A stretch of 60,052 bases of DNA, from the IMG/VR virus record IMGVR_UViG_3300032136_000006, positions 1 through 60,052 of that record. One strand, 5' to 3'. The notes under the pieces are model-generated. The model worked only from the letters and a program-made list of their open reading frames with translations, was not told the origin of the DNA and did no database searches. This document shows, piece by piece, positions 19,882 through 29,402 of the stretch. A program made the translations under genes and the position numbers. The DNA is from a virus (Duplodnaviria > Caudoviricetes). Every line of letters starts with the position of its first letter. Position 1 is the stretch's first letter.

Positions 19882-22800
19882 ATGGCTGACCAACGTATAT
19901 TTTTTGAACAAGGTTCACCTTTCACGGGTGATAGCGGTGAACGGGGGACGAGCACCGAAGGCGTAGCGTCTGTTAAACCGGTGAATGACGGGGAACGTGC
20001 GGAAAAAACAACGTTTAATCGACCGACAGAAAATTTAAGGCTTAGAACGGAAGTTCTTCGTACTGCGGGGGAGGATGCCAAATATCTCCTGGATAGTGAC
20101 ATAAAGTGGATTATCACAGCCGGTAACGCGGATGGTCTTTCTCCTGGTCCCTTAGCCATGCCCGGCATCAGTGCTTGGGACCCCGTCGGCGGGACGTTTA
20201 CTACATCTGCGGCTATTGTAGTTCAGCCAATCAATACGCCAGATAGTGATAAGCAGGAGACGAAGACTTATTCGTTTACTGATGGTCTGTCTCAAACGGC
20301 TAGTATTGCCTTTACTCCGTTGTCCGATTCGAATCCACCTGTTTCAGGTGTGGTACAGAAACGGGCGTATAACGGTGCAAACTTAATCCGGATTAAATGG
20401 GTAGAGGTAGAGCCCGCAGCGCTTTCGTCGGCGGTAGTTCCTAATTATTGTGATGTTGCAATCACAGGGGATCCTGAGCATATTCTTACGATTACGATTC
20501 GTAATGATGATACCACGCAGATGGCGAATGTGAAAACGGCGTTAGAGACGCTGGAAACTGCAGCGGGTCAGCTAGGGTCTATTGGTTTGGGATTCGTGAT
20601 TACAGGAACGGTTGCTACAAGCCTTTTGTATGACCCCATTCCGGATAAAGACTATAGAATGACGGGAACGTTTGAACGGGAGGTGCATTATATACCTTCT
20701 GCGACGTTTGTAAACTTTTTTGCTATTCCGAATTCTTTGTCTGATGGAGATACCTTATCTGTTCATTTTTTGAATCTTTTTACAGAGGACAACTCTGCGG
20801 CGCAACCGACAGGCCGACGAGAAAGTGTGCCATCGAATAATACCCCATCGTTTCCGGCTACGACAACGGTGGCATCTAGTCAGTTGTTTATCACGTCTAC
20901 TGCTACAGATGTTTACAAGATTCCGCTGTCTATCCCGCTCTGTAAACGTATTGGAGACGATCTCTATTGGATGGACGGAACAGTTGTTTTGGGTACGCAG
21001 TCTAGCTTTCCGGTTTATTTTGGAGAGAATGGGCGTACGTCTGAACGCTTTGATGACTTGTTGGCATCTGATGCGACAGTAACAGGTGATTGGCTCTTCG
21101 AAGGCGGATTGTCTGCCGGTACGCTTAGAGACGATGGGTCAACAGGGCACCACATTTTATTTTCTGATTCGGTTACAGCTGGGGTTGTTTCCGACGACAT
21201 TCGCCCCGTGTATAACGAGTATACAGTAGGGCATACTGTTACGGGCGATGTTCAGAATACCTATTCGCGTCTCGCAATAGGTGCAAGTGTTACTGGAAAT
21301 GTTAACGGTATTTATAATGAGTTAGTTGTAGCAGATACTATAACTCTTAACTCAATTGGCTTACACACCGTAGTGACTTGTACCGGAGATCCTGGGGATG
21401 TGTTGTTAGGGGGTTTAACAACCGTTACTGTGTCGGATACTGGCGGAGGCGAAGTTATAGATGAGATTTATGCGCAGTCGCATGTAACTACGTTTACGGG
21501 AGAAATTGCTAACGCCAAGGCAACGGATGTTGGAGGGTTAAAAGCTACGTTGGAGCTCCAAGGGGGAGACCTAACACGTGCTAGAGGGTGCTATGTTTTG
21601 GTACCGTCTACTTCGGGAGTGTCAGCTACCGTGGGGTACGTAACAGGATACGATGTACTCCTTGAACCGCCGTCAACCTTAACGATAGCATCAACTATGA
21701 CGGGCATTAATGCGGATGTGCACGCGTATAATGCTGCGGTATCAACCCTTAAAGGGTTAGATATCGATGTTAATAATACTGCAGCGGTAAGCAGTGCAAT
21801 TTATGGGACACGGGTTGCTGTAGATTGTGATGCGGCTTCAGGCGTTTTGTACGGAAGTTATTTGGATGTAGATTGTAGTGCCACGTCTACATCGATTACA
21901 GGTCAACGCATAAATGTCGACGCTAGTGCAGCAGTTGGGACCTCTCTTGTTGGACAACAAATTGCTCTTACGCCTACGGTAGCTGCAACTGTTGGGCTTA
22001 TGTTGGCTGGGATTTCGACAACTACCACTGCTAACTCTGTGGCATCTAGCGTATATGGCATTAGAAATGTTCTTAATAGTGTGGCAGATACGGCGGCTAC
22101 CGCTATTGGGATTTATAATTATCTTAAAGTAGATGCGCAGCATTCTACAGCCGCATACGCGAATAAATCAGAGTTAGAGATAGAAGGTACATCCAGTCTA
22201 TCCTCGGGCCAGTTGTACACCCATCAAGGTGTAGTAACCGTTCAAGGGTCAACAACGGAAACGCAGATAACGGATGCTGGGGGGATGCACCTCCAAGTAA
22301 ACCTCGGCGGCGGTGCTATTTCAAGTAACGCGGATGGTTTATTTATTGACGTGCCAAGTACCGCAGGAACGGCTGCTACTGTAAGTGTTTTGTCTGGATT
22401 GCGCCTAGCTATGACGCAACCTTCAACAGTAACCGCTACGGAAGCTTATGGAGCATTCGTCCTCTTCAATAACACTAACGGCCCCACAGGGGATGGCAAC
22501 GCCGCTGGCCTATATGTAAGTACAGTAGCAGCTCCTAGAGGGGTCGATATCCAAGTAGACGATGCGACGTATGGACAGTATCTGGCTACCACAAATACCG
22601 CAACCTCTCTTATGATTGACACGGCGGATGCTACGATTCCGTTGCGTGTAGGGGCCGGGGGAAGCACGGCTTACAGTAGGATAGATCGTTCATTGGTAGT
22701 AGGGATGGGAGGAACACCCCCAACCGATAAAGTAGCTCTGAATATCGCGGGTGCGTTCCAAACGGATGTCACGACCCTTGCGACGTCTTCGTTGTCGGGT

Positions 22801-23085
22801 ACCGATACGATTGATGCAGAGAATAAATCTGTAATATACGTGACAGGCACTGATGCTCCAGGTAGTTTCCAAGATATTGCAACGTTATCCAACGGGGTGA
22901 CAGGCCAATGGCTCATCATTATTAATGATACGGATAGTGGCGGGCCAGATTCGGTAGATTTAACATTTGTCGAGACGGGGAATATTAAAATAGCAGGTGC
23001 GACATCGACCATCATCTCAACAGGAGAGGCTATTCAATTTGTTTATGCTAATGCCAAGTGGTGGGAAGTATACCGCGGAGCATAG
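19882..23085 (+). CDS. Tail fibre / spike protein
   Basis: N-terminal FNRPTENLRLRT baseplate-anchor-like motif, followed by a long beta-helix-like region with YG/G-x-x repeats. Confidence 0.7.
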   Translation: MADQRIFFEQGSPFTGDSGERGTSTEGVASVKPVNDGERAEKTTFNRPTENLRLRTEVLRTAGEDAKYLLDSDIKWIITAGNADGLSPGPLAMPGISAWDPVGGTFTTSAAIVVQPINTPDSDKQETKTYSFTDGLSQTASIAFTPLSDSNPPVSGVVQKRAYNGANLIRIKWVEVEPAALSSAVVPNYCDVAITGDPEHILTITIRNDDTTQMANVKTALETLETAAGQLGSIGLGFVITGTVATSLLYDPIPDKDYRMTGTFEREVHYIPSATFVNFFAIPNSLSDGDTLSVHFLNLFTEDNSAAQPTGRRESVPSNNTPSFPATTTVASSQLFITSTATDVYKIPLSIPLCKRIGDDLYWMDGTVVLGTQSSFPVYFGENGRTSERFDDLLASDATVTGDWLFEGGLSAGTLRDDGSTGHHILFSDSVTAGVVSDDIRPVYNEYTVGHTVTGDVQNTYSRLAIGASVTGNVNGIYNELVVADTITLNSIGLHTVVTCTGDPGDVLLGGLTTVTVSDTGGGEVIDEIYAQSHVTTFTGEIANAKATDVGGLKATLELQGGDLTRARGCYVLVPSTSGVSATVGYVTGYDVLLEPPSTLTIASTMTGINADVHAYNAAVSTLKGLDIDVNNTAAVSSAIYGTRVAVDCDAASGVLYGSYLDVDCSATSTSITGQRINVDASAAVGTSLVGQQIALTPTVAATVGLMLAGISTTTTANSVASSVYGIRNVLNSVADTAATAIGIYNYLKVDAQHSTAAYANKSELEIEGTSSLSSGQLYTHQGVVTVQGSTTETQITDAGGMHLQVNLGGGAISSNADGLFIDVPSTAGTAATVSVLSGLRLAMTQPSTVTATEAYGAFVLFNNTNGPTGDGNAAGLYVSTVAAPRGVDIQVDDATYGQYLATTNTATSLMIDTADATIPLRVGAGGSTAYSRIDRSLVVGMGGTPPTDKVALNIAGAFQTDVTTLATSSLSGTDTIDAENKSVIYVTGTDAPGSFQDIATLSNGVTGQWLIIINDTDSGGPDSVDLTFVETGNIKIAGATSTIISTGEAIQFVYANAKWWEVYRGA

Positions 23086-23144
23086 CAACTTAATCCTAGT
23101 CAAAGACTTGGATTGACGCGCAAAAGTTAAGAAAGGCAGAACAA

Positions 23145-23477
23145 ATGCTACCGAACGAGAGAGCTGAGATACAACTGGACCTGGAGAAACCCTGGTATCA
23201 AAGTAAAAAGTTCCTAGCGTTTTTTTTACTTTTGTCGTTCATGAGTGCTTTCGTAGGCTGCCTTGTCTATTGGAATCTCGACTTCAGTTGGCAGGCAGCT
23301 GTGGTCCTTTTGGCTCTCATCTTTACGATGGGAATTGTCACGCTATCTTTTTTGTCTAGTCAGACCAGGATCGATAAGCTGACGAGGGGCATTACGCTCA
23401 GCAGCAACCCGACGGAGGATGACGCAACGCGCAAGATTATGATGATTCTAGATGATGAAACACGTAAGAAGCGTTAG
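23145..23477 (+). CDS. Holin-like membrane protein
   Basis: KPWYQSKKF followed by two hydrophobic helices and a charged tail. Confidence 0.6.
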   Translation: MLPNERAEIQLDLEKPWYQSKKFLAFFLLLSFMSAFVGCLVYWNLDFSWQAAVVLLALIFTMGIVTLSFLSSQTRIDKLTRGITLSSNPTEDDATRKIMMILDDETRKKR

Positions 23478-23677
23478 AGCAGTTTATCAATGTGAGCGAT
23501 TTCCGTAGGGATGTACGTACCTTCTTTGTCTTTCATAAACATTACTCTCACACCTACCGCGTCCCCTAAACAAATACTACAGATTCCTCCAGCGGGGTTT
23601 CCGTTGTGTTCGAACATTAGAGCGTCGGGGCCTAGGGGTTTTTCACAGTCTTCCATTACACATTTGTTGGGGTCCAT
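23474..23677 (-). CDS. Small Cys-containing hypothetical protein
   Basis: 67 aa with CxxxxC and CxxC; GGAG RBS; follows the RuvC-like gene. Confidence 0.55.
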   Translation of the reverse strand: MDPNKCVMEDCEKPLGPDALMFEHNGNPAGGICSICLGDAVGVRVMFMKDKEGTYIPTEIAHIDKLL

Positions 23678-23689
23678 TGGGTTTTCTCC

Positions 23690-24292
23690 TTAGATGTTTG
23701 TTATCAAATTCTTGGACAATAGTAACCTAGAAGTCTGGTTTTGCCCCCTAATAACTTTTACGGCTTCGAGTTGTCTCCGGGTTAGCTGCATATCTTTATC
23801 CACTAATGCACGGGCTAACTCGGCTAAGCCTGCAGCATCAGCTTCGTCGTGACTGTTTACAATCCATCCTCGATCCTCCGCTACCCTTTTCATAGCTTCT
23901 TTCGTGGCAGTACCCTCTCCCGCGAAGAACTTTTTGAGAGAGTTAGGTGGGATTTCGTTAGGGTAAACACTGGGCCAGTATTCTTGCATACAGAATAAAT
24001 TGTAAGCTCCTCTAATCTGTCCTAGAGTGTCGGCTCTGTTTGTACTGTTTAAAGATGGACCTTCAATACAGATTCCGACAATTTTATCGTCGCTGCACCG
24101 AGCGTCTCTTACGAAATTTTTAAAAACGTTACATTGTAAATATAGTAATGCGGGACCGCTCTCTTTAAGAGCTATTCGTAGCGTGTGCTGCTGAACTTCG
24201 CCGTCGGTTACACTTATAATAGCTACGCCTGTTCCCCTGACAGACGGGTCAATTCCAATGTAGTGCCTTGTCCTTGCTTTAGGATTGGTCAT
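23690..24292 (-). CDS. ruvC: RuvC-like Holliday junction resolvase
   Basis: YIGIDPS, ICIEG, LKKF..G.G.ATK and HDEADA acidic catalytic motifs. Confidence 0.85.
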   Translation of the reverse strand: MTNPKARTRHYIGIDPSVRGTGVAIISVTDGEVQQHTLRIALKESGPALLYLQCNVFKNFVRDARCSDDKIVGICIEGPSLNSTNRADTLGQIRGAYNLFCMQEYWPSVYPNEIPPNSLKKFFAGEGTATKEAMKRVAEDRGWIVNSHDEADAAGLAELARALVDKDMQLTRRQLEAVKVIRGQNQTSRLLLSKNLITNI

Positions 24293-24331
24293 AGCTTACT
24301 ATTTTGTGTGAAGTCACATGAAAGGTCAATC

Positions 24332-25045
24332 ATGAGTTATGCACAGATAGATATGGAATTTACCAAGTATTCAGACCCCGGAGGTACTGCGTACATGTTA
24401 AATACGGAGATTAATTCAGTTACTTCATCCCCCGATGTCGTTGATACTTGTCTCGTTGTTCAAAAAGGGGACGATACAGCGGCTGAGGAATTGGTTAGTA
24501 TCGCTACTCGAGACCAGTTGGTTGTTACACCTCTTACGGCTTTGCCCACTACTATCGCTAGATTTTCTTCTCCGTCGCTTGCACTATTGCAAATTGGAGA
24601 CCCTCTTGCATCCACAACCGTTCAAGCAGGAGATGTTATCCGTGTCACTACACCCGATTTATGGCAACAATTTTTTCCAGTAGGCGCCTCGGTTGATTAT
24701 ACGGTTGTGACAGTAGTGAGCGCTACAACAGTTACGGTGACTCCGGAATTCCCGGCATTCGCTCGAAACCTCACTTTTGAGGTTATTCGCAGTGGGACAA
24801 CTATTCTACCAACGCCTCCACCGTCAGGGTCCTCTACTGTATACCCGACAGATGGATTGGCAAACAGAGATTACTCAGCGACACCAACAGAAACACAATA
24901 CCTAGCGTCGTCGCATGTCGATTCTTGGTCTGATTTGACCGTAGCGGAGAACAGAGTTACCAGTCTCAAAACACAAGCAGCGTCTCTCATTACCGAGATG
25001 AATACGGCGGAATGGGTTGGGACGGAGAGGGTGGAATACCCATGA
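24332..25045 (+). CDS. Hypothetical virion protein (paralog 1 of 3)
   Basis: Likely start ATG 24332; Thr/Val-rich; shares motifs with the next two ORFs. Confidence 0.55.
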   Translation: MSYAQIDMEFTKYSDPGGTAYMLNTEINSVTSSPDVVDTCLVVQKGDDTAAEELVSIATRDQLVVTPLTALPTTIARFSSPSLALLQIGDPLASTTVQAGDVIRVTTPDLWQQFFPVGASVDYTVVTVVSATTVTVTPEFPAFARNLTFEVIRSGTTILPTPPPSGSSTVYPTDGLANRDYSATPTETQYLASSHVDSWSDLTVAENRVTSLKTQAASLITEMNTAEWVGTERVEYP

Positions 25046-25413
25046 GTGTACGTCTAGATATAGAACAGTCGCGTTCGGTAATAGAGGGTCCCATCTACCG
25101 CGTGGTTACCGCAGTGGACTACAACCTTGGAATAGATAGAAATATTTTTGTATTCAACGCTGAGACGGATGTTTTTGAGCATGTGGCTACGCCTTGGGAT
25201 ATTGATAATACGCCAACGGACAAACAAACGGCGTTAAATACCGGGATTGACTACTACCGTTTGGACACAGTTACCAAAGACAGTGATACAGTGGCGGAGG
25301 CATCTACGTTTGCAGCGTATACGCTCGGACGTATTTCTTCTTTAGCCCAAGCATATGAACTGGTAGAGTCAGATTTTGTAGGCTCCAACACATATTCGTA
25401 CACAGGAAGTTGA
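25042..25413 (+). CDS. Hypothetical virion protein (paralog 2 of 3)
   Basis: ATGA overlap with the upstream stop; FEHVATPWDI motif. Confidence 0.55.
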   Translation: MSVRLDIEQSRSVIEGPIYRVVTAVDYNLGIDRNIFVFNAETDVFEHVATPWDIDNTPTDKQTALNTGIDYYRLDTVTKDSDTVAEASTFAAYTLGRISSLAQAYELVESDFVGSNTYSYTGS

Positions 25414-25414
25414 C

Positions 25415-26284
25415 ATGGAATTCACTAATATGACCTTGGACTGTTACGGGACTACTCCCACTCCGGATACGGAGGCTTTCAGGATCGAAGCTACAGTCAC
25501 TACGGCAGGAGAGCTTCCCACTACTGCGCTATTTGTTTACGCTATCGGAGACCCTGAGCGCACGGATGCGGATAATTTTGCTAGAATTGCGAATCCCCAA
25601 GACCTACAGAATTTGAGCAGAGACAGGGATGCAGCTATCGCTTCCGATAGAGATGAATACTTAACGTCTTATGCTAGTTTTCAGTACGCAAACTTAGACC
25701 AAGCGGTTGAGGCAAAAGCTACCCTAAAAAGTAGGGTAAACGAGCTGGTCAATAACTGGATTTCGTACCAGACTACCTTTATTTATGACACGGGTGTAAG
25801 CACTTCGTTTCCGATGTCTGACCCTACGGTCGAACAAGCTCTGATTATAGATTACACAGATGCAAGAAGCGCCCGTATCGTAGCCGAAGCCGCGTTTACG
25901 GTAGCAGATATGGCGGTTACGATAGCAGAATCAGAGCTAGACCAATCGAGAGACTATCTCCCACAATTGCAGCGTGCTTCTGCGGCGTTATCTCAGATTA
26001 ATCAAGACCTATACGATTACTGGAGCAACGTTGTAAGCGAGGGGTCGGTTGCTACACCTAAGCGTTACACGCTGGTATCTACCATTACAGACGACGCAGC
26101 TTATTTTTCTAGCGCTGTGCAAACCCAAAGAAACCTTATCGTAGGGCAGGAGACTGCGCTAACGACGGCTAAGAGCGAAAAAACAGAAGCAGCCGCTACG
26201 TTGTCTGCCGCACAAGAGGCGGAGGACGCAGCCCTGGCAGCAGTACTTGCTGTAACTCCGGACTTCGACCCCGCCTCTGTGTGA
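25415..26284 (+). CDS. Hypothetical virion protein with C-terminal coiled coil (paralog 3 of 3)
   Basis: FARIANPQDL motif; Ala/Glu-rich helical C-terminus. Confidence 0.55.
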   Translation: MEFTNMTLDCYGTTPTPDTEAFRIEATVTTAGELPTTALFVYAIGDPERTDADNFARIANPQDLQNLSRDRDAAIASDRDEYLTSYASFQYANLDQAVEAKATLKSRVNELVNNWISYQTTFIYDTGVSTSFPMSDPTVEQALIIDYTDARSARIVAEAAFTVADMAVTIAESELDQSRDYLPQLQRASAALSQINQDLYDYWSNVVSEGSVATPKRYTLVSTITDDAAYFSSAVQTQRNLIVGQETALTTAKSEKTEAAATLSAAQEAEDAALAAVLAVTPDFDPASV

Positions 26285-26293
26285 CCTTGTTAT

Positions 26294-27634
26294 TTAATAC
26301 CAGGAATTGTGAATACGACGATAGCTATCCTCGTGTGATGTTTTCTCAAGTGACTCCAGGTTGAGGTATTCCCGAAATACGTCTTCTAGCGTTTTGGCGT
26401 TAATGTCCCATGTCAAACGCATTCCGTAGGGGCGATAGGCGTACGAGCTTCCCGAACTATTGAACTTGAAGTACAACGTCCAAGAGTTATTCCACTGAGA
26501 ATATTCTATACCGAGAGCCTCGTACTGAGTTCGGTGCCATCTCCCGCGCTGCACAGGACTGTAATGTGCTCTGGCTAATTCGATGAGCACCGCTTTTTGT
26601 TGTAATGTTAATGCCTTAAAGTTTTTAACCTCAAACACCACGTTGTTACACTGGCGTATAATCTTTTCAGCCTCTTCAAATGTTTCGATACGTTCAAACT
26701 TTCCGGTAGTCTTACGGCAGAGACCGAAGGTTAATCCGTGGGACGTATAGCGAAAGGTGGCCCAGTATATTCGACGGTTGTACCGGGCATCCAATTCTCC
26801 GGAATTGAGAGCTAGAAACAATAGCTGCTTATTTGTAAACGGGACTTTAGCGTTTTTCACGACGGTGGCATTTGCCTCTTTTTCAGTGTCTACGTACGGC
26901 CCCTTACAGAGTTTAATGTAACGCCCTTCGGCTGTATGATGACAGGCTTCGCGAACTAAACACTTGCTACAAGCGTTTTCTCTGAAACGACGAAGTCTTC
27001 CGCGTTCTTTCAGCCCTTGGCGTGCTATGCTTGAGTTTTCTTCTACACAGCTGAAGCAGTGATTTGTGTGATGCCGGTAAGGTGACACAAAGTGTGTATC
27101 GCGGGTTAGCATAGGGCTCAGATACGTGAATCCTGCGATCATGCTCTTTCTATTTTTTAGGCTCTGTATGGCATCCGCAACGGTTACGTCTACGTCCGCG
27201 TTTTCCATCGGTTCCCAACAGTCTTTAAATACGCAATTTGTTTTTGTTTCAGATTCGAAGCAGTTGTCGCATCCTATAATCGCTCGTCGGGGGAGTTTAC
27301 AGCCGTAGTATACGTCCTGTAATCGGATTCTTTCGGGCTCATTATTAGGCGTAAACAGTATCACGGTATCTTCAGGCTGAGCTTTCTCCAAGCGGGGGAC
27401 AACCAGGTCTCTCACTTCGCGGGAAACTAAGATTTCGCTGTAGTCGTCTTTTTCGTATCGGTCGCAGGTCATCACACCATAATCCCCCATAAGGGAACGA
27501 CAAAGTGGGTCTTTCGCTATAGCGTTTATCTCTTCTTCTGTAACGTCTTCGCCATCTTTATGGAAGAACAACGCACAAGCGCTATCTCCATCCTGATCCT
27601 CGGCAGCGGTAACAGTAAACATTTTAGTCAGCAT
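26294..27634 (-). CDS. Cys-rich hypothetical protein coupled to the RT
   Basis: Its ATG overlaps the RT stop (ATGCTGA); Cys clusters CDNC..C..C, CFSC and CSKC-x5-C-x11-C. Confidence 0.7.
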   Translation of the reverse strand: MLTKMFTVTAAEDQDGDSACALFFHKDGEDVTEEEINAIAKDPLCRSLMGDYGVMTCDRYEKDDYSEILVSREVRDLVVPRLEKAQPEDTVILFTPNNEPERIRLQDVYYGCKLPRRAIIGCDNCFESETKTNCVFKDCWEPMENADVDVTVADAIQSLKNRKSMIAGFTYLSPMLTRDTHFVSPYRHHTNHCFSCVEENSSIARQGLKERGRLRRFRENACSKCLVREACHHTAEGRYIKLCKGPYVDTEKEANATVVKNAKVPFTNKQLLFLALNSGELDARYNRRIYWATFRYTSHGLTFGLCRKTTGKFERIETFEEAEKIIRQCNNVVFEVKNFKALTLQQKAVLIELARAHYSPVQRGRWHRTQYEALGIEYSQWNNSWTLYFKFNSSGSSYAYRPYGMRLTWDINAKTLEDVFREYLNLESLEKTSHEDSYRRIHNSWY

Positions 27635-28773
27635 TGTTGTGTTACTCTTTCTTTCTGTTTATCCACGGCTCTTTGAAATTCTTTTAAAAGTTTCTGCCCT
27701 TTTTCGGGATTTATCTGGTTTACCCAGTTTATTTTTCCACGGAGCCATACGGTCATGTCCGCGACTGAATCCTTTTTAGCTTTTGTAAGTTGCTGATCGA
27801 ATCCGTGCGTTACGCAGTTGTGGATTATTGCACGCAACTTCATATATTCGTCTCGAGCGTAATTAGGTTTTTCACTGAATACGATGCCTAAGAGGTCTTT
27901 CCTGTGATAGCCGTGTGTGATGCGCGTCTTTTTCTGGTTTACGTGGTAACCAGCTTCAACGATGATGTTTTCGATGTCTTTAATGATAGTTTCACGCTCA
28001 CACTTAGACGGATTAATCCCACAGGTAAACGCAAGGTCATCCGAGTATCGCGTGTACTTCCAACTCCAATCATCTGTTAAACCATAACGGTAATTTAGGT
28101 GTTTGACGTAGGCTAGAATCTTACCGTCTAGGCGCTGGTCTGCTACCAGATTGCAAATGGCTCCTGAAGCGGGAGACCCTTGTGGCGTTCTCGTGTACAT
28201 TTTACTGTCTTGTCCTAGAACATCTTGGACTACTAAAAGTCCTGCTAGAAGGCTGGCTACGGTATGGCTGTACCCTAAACGCTTAAAATAGTTTCGAATC
28301 CAGGCTCGCGTAGTAGTATGGAAGAAGTTCTGCAAGTCCAATTTCAAAAAGAGGCCACGTTTAGGGCAGCTGTGGGCTTTAGGAATTACGCCTTTGGTTG
28401 CCGTTTCGCAGATAGAACACGACGGGATGTGTTGTAATACAGCCGCTTTCACAGATAAGCCGGTTCGGTATGCTGTGACATGTGGTCCTAATCGATTGTG
28501 CATTGGTGTCAAAAAGCGTTCATTAATGCGCTGCAGTAGGAGTTTCATTCCAGGGCTAGGTGCGTGAATTATCCTTTTTCCTTTATTTCGTTTTGGAATT
28601 TCTATCACGGTGTACTGTGCTGCAGTGTTATGCAAGAAGTGCCACATCGTTTTGTTTTTGAATCCTAAGTGGTGTGCGAGAGAGCAATCGTCTATTACGT
28701 AGGGCATTCCGTTAGGAATATTTGATGGGAGTTCAATAATATCGATTGATGTTTCACGAAAACCTACAGCCAT
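27628..28773 (-). CDS. Retron-like reverse transcriptase
   Basis: IPKRNKGKRIIHAP, AAVLQH (NAxxH-like region X), LKLDLQNFF, TPQGSPASGAICN, YTRYSDDL (YSDD at 28036-28047), VNQKKT, LLGIV (VTG-like region Y) and LRGKINWV. Confidence 0.92.
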   Translation of the reverse strand: MAVGFRETSIDIIELPSNIPNGMPYVIDDCSLAHHLGFKNKTMWHFLHNTAAQYTVIEIPKRNKGKRIIHAPSPGMKLLLQRINERFLTPMHNRLGPHVTAYRTGLSVKAAVLQHIPSCSICETATKGVIPKAHSCPKRGLFLKLDLQNFFHTTTRAWIRNYFKRLGYSHTVASLLAGLLVVQDVLGQDSKMYTRTPQGSPASGAICNLVADQRLDGKILAYVKHLNYRYGLTDDWSWKYTRYSDDLAFTCGINPSKCERETIIKDIENIIVEAGYHVNQKKTRITHGYHRKDLLGIVFSEKPNYARDEYMKLRAIIHNCVTHGFDQQLTKAKKDSVADMTVWLRGKINWVNQINPEKGQKLLKEFQRAVDKQKERVTQQC

Positions 28774-29402
28774 TAGGATTCTCCTGTTCCGGGGGACTTT
28801 TTATTGTGGTCGTCGTATGCTACGCGTATTTTTGCGTAGCGTGCGCAAGCTGGCTGGCCTAGAACGCATTTTCCAGCATAAAGTTCGAGAACGTTTTTAC
28901 ACATAGCGCACAAAAGAGGGATTTTCCGAGTGGGTGTGGTTAGCGTTATGTTTGGAAGTTGGACTTTGCGGTTGTGGTTACCATCGATTGCGCGTGTTAG
29001 GAAGTACGCTAGCTCTGATTTATACGGTTCTTTTCCTTGGGCTTTCCCGTAAACAGCCCTTACGTGGGTGGGGACAACCATTAACCATTCTTCTGGGTCT
29101 TTAATCCATTCGTTAAAAGTTCCGGGGATACCAGACGCAGGTTTGCTTATTCCAATATGGGAAGCTGTGTCGCGCTTTACGCGTGTTTCTCGTACACGGG
29201 TAACGTGCAAGTTGCACAGGGCGGCTAGTAGTGGTCGGTCTAGTGGAAGGCTTAGGTAGTATCGAAATAGGCTATCAAATTGTGGGGTTAGGTGTTTTTT
29301 ACCCAAGTACACCCTATCAAATGGGAAACGAGAGTATTGCGTTACGTCTTCGGTTGCTAAAACCCGTTGTGCAATACGCACGCATAGTATGTGGTCTGAC
29401 AT
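28773..29402 (-). CDS. Hypothetical protein with C-terminal Cys4 cluster, coupled to the RT
   Basis: TAATG stop/start overlaps at both ends; CAMC-x10-C-x6-C motif. Confidence 0.7.
   Translation of the reverse strand: MSDHILCVRIAQRVLATEDVTQYSRFPFDRVYLGKKHLTPQFDSLFRYYLSLPLDRPLLAALCNLHVTRVRETRVKRDTASHIGISKPASGIPGTFNEWIKDPEEWLMVVPTHVRAVYGKAQGKEPYKSELAYFLTRAIDGNHNRKVQLPNITLTTPTRKIPLLCAMCKNVLELYAGKCVLGQPACARYAKIRVAYDDHNKKSPGTGES

Noticed and set aside
23092-23114. Hairpin AATCCTAGTC-AAA-GACTTGGATT as a terminator
   Set aside because: The inverted repeat is real but has no T-tract on either strand, so its function is unsupported.
27628-28773. Group II intron RT/maturase
   Set aside because: The protein is short, has no maturase or endonuclease domain, and is flanked by coupled genes with no room for intron RNA.
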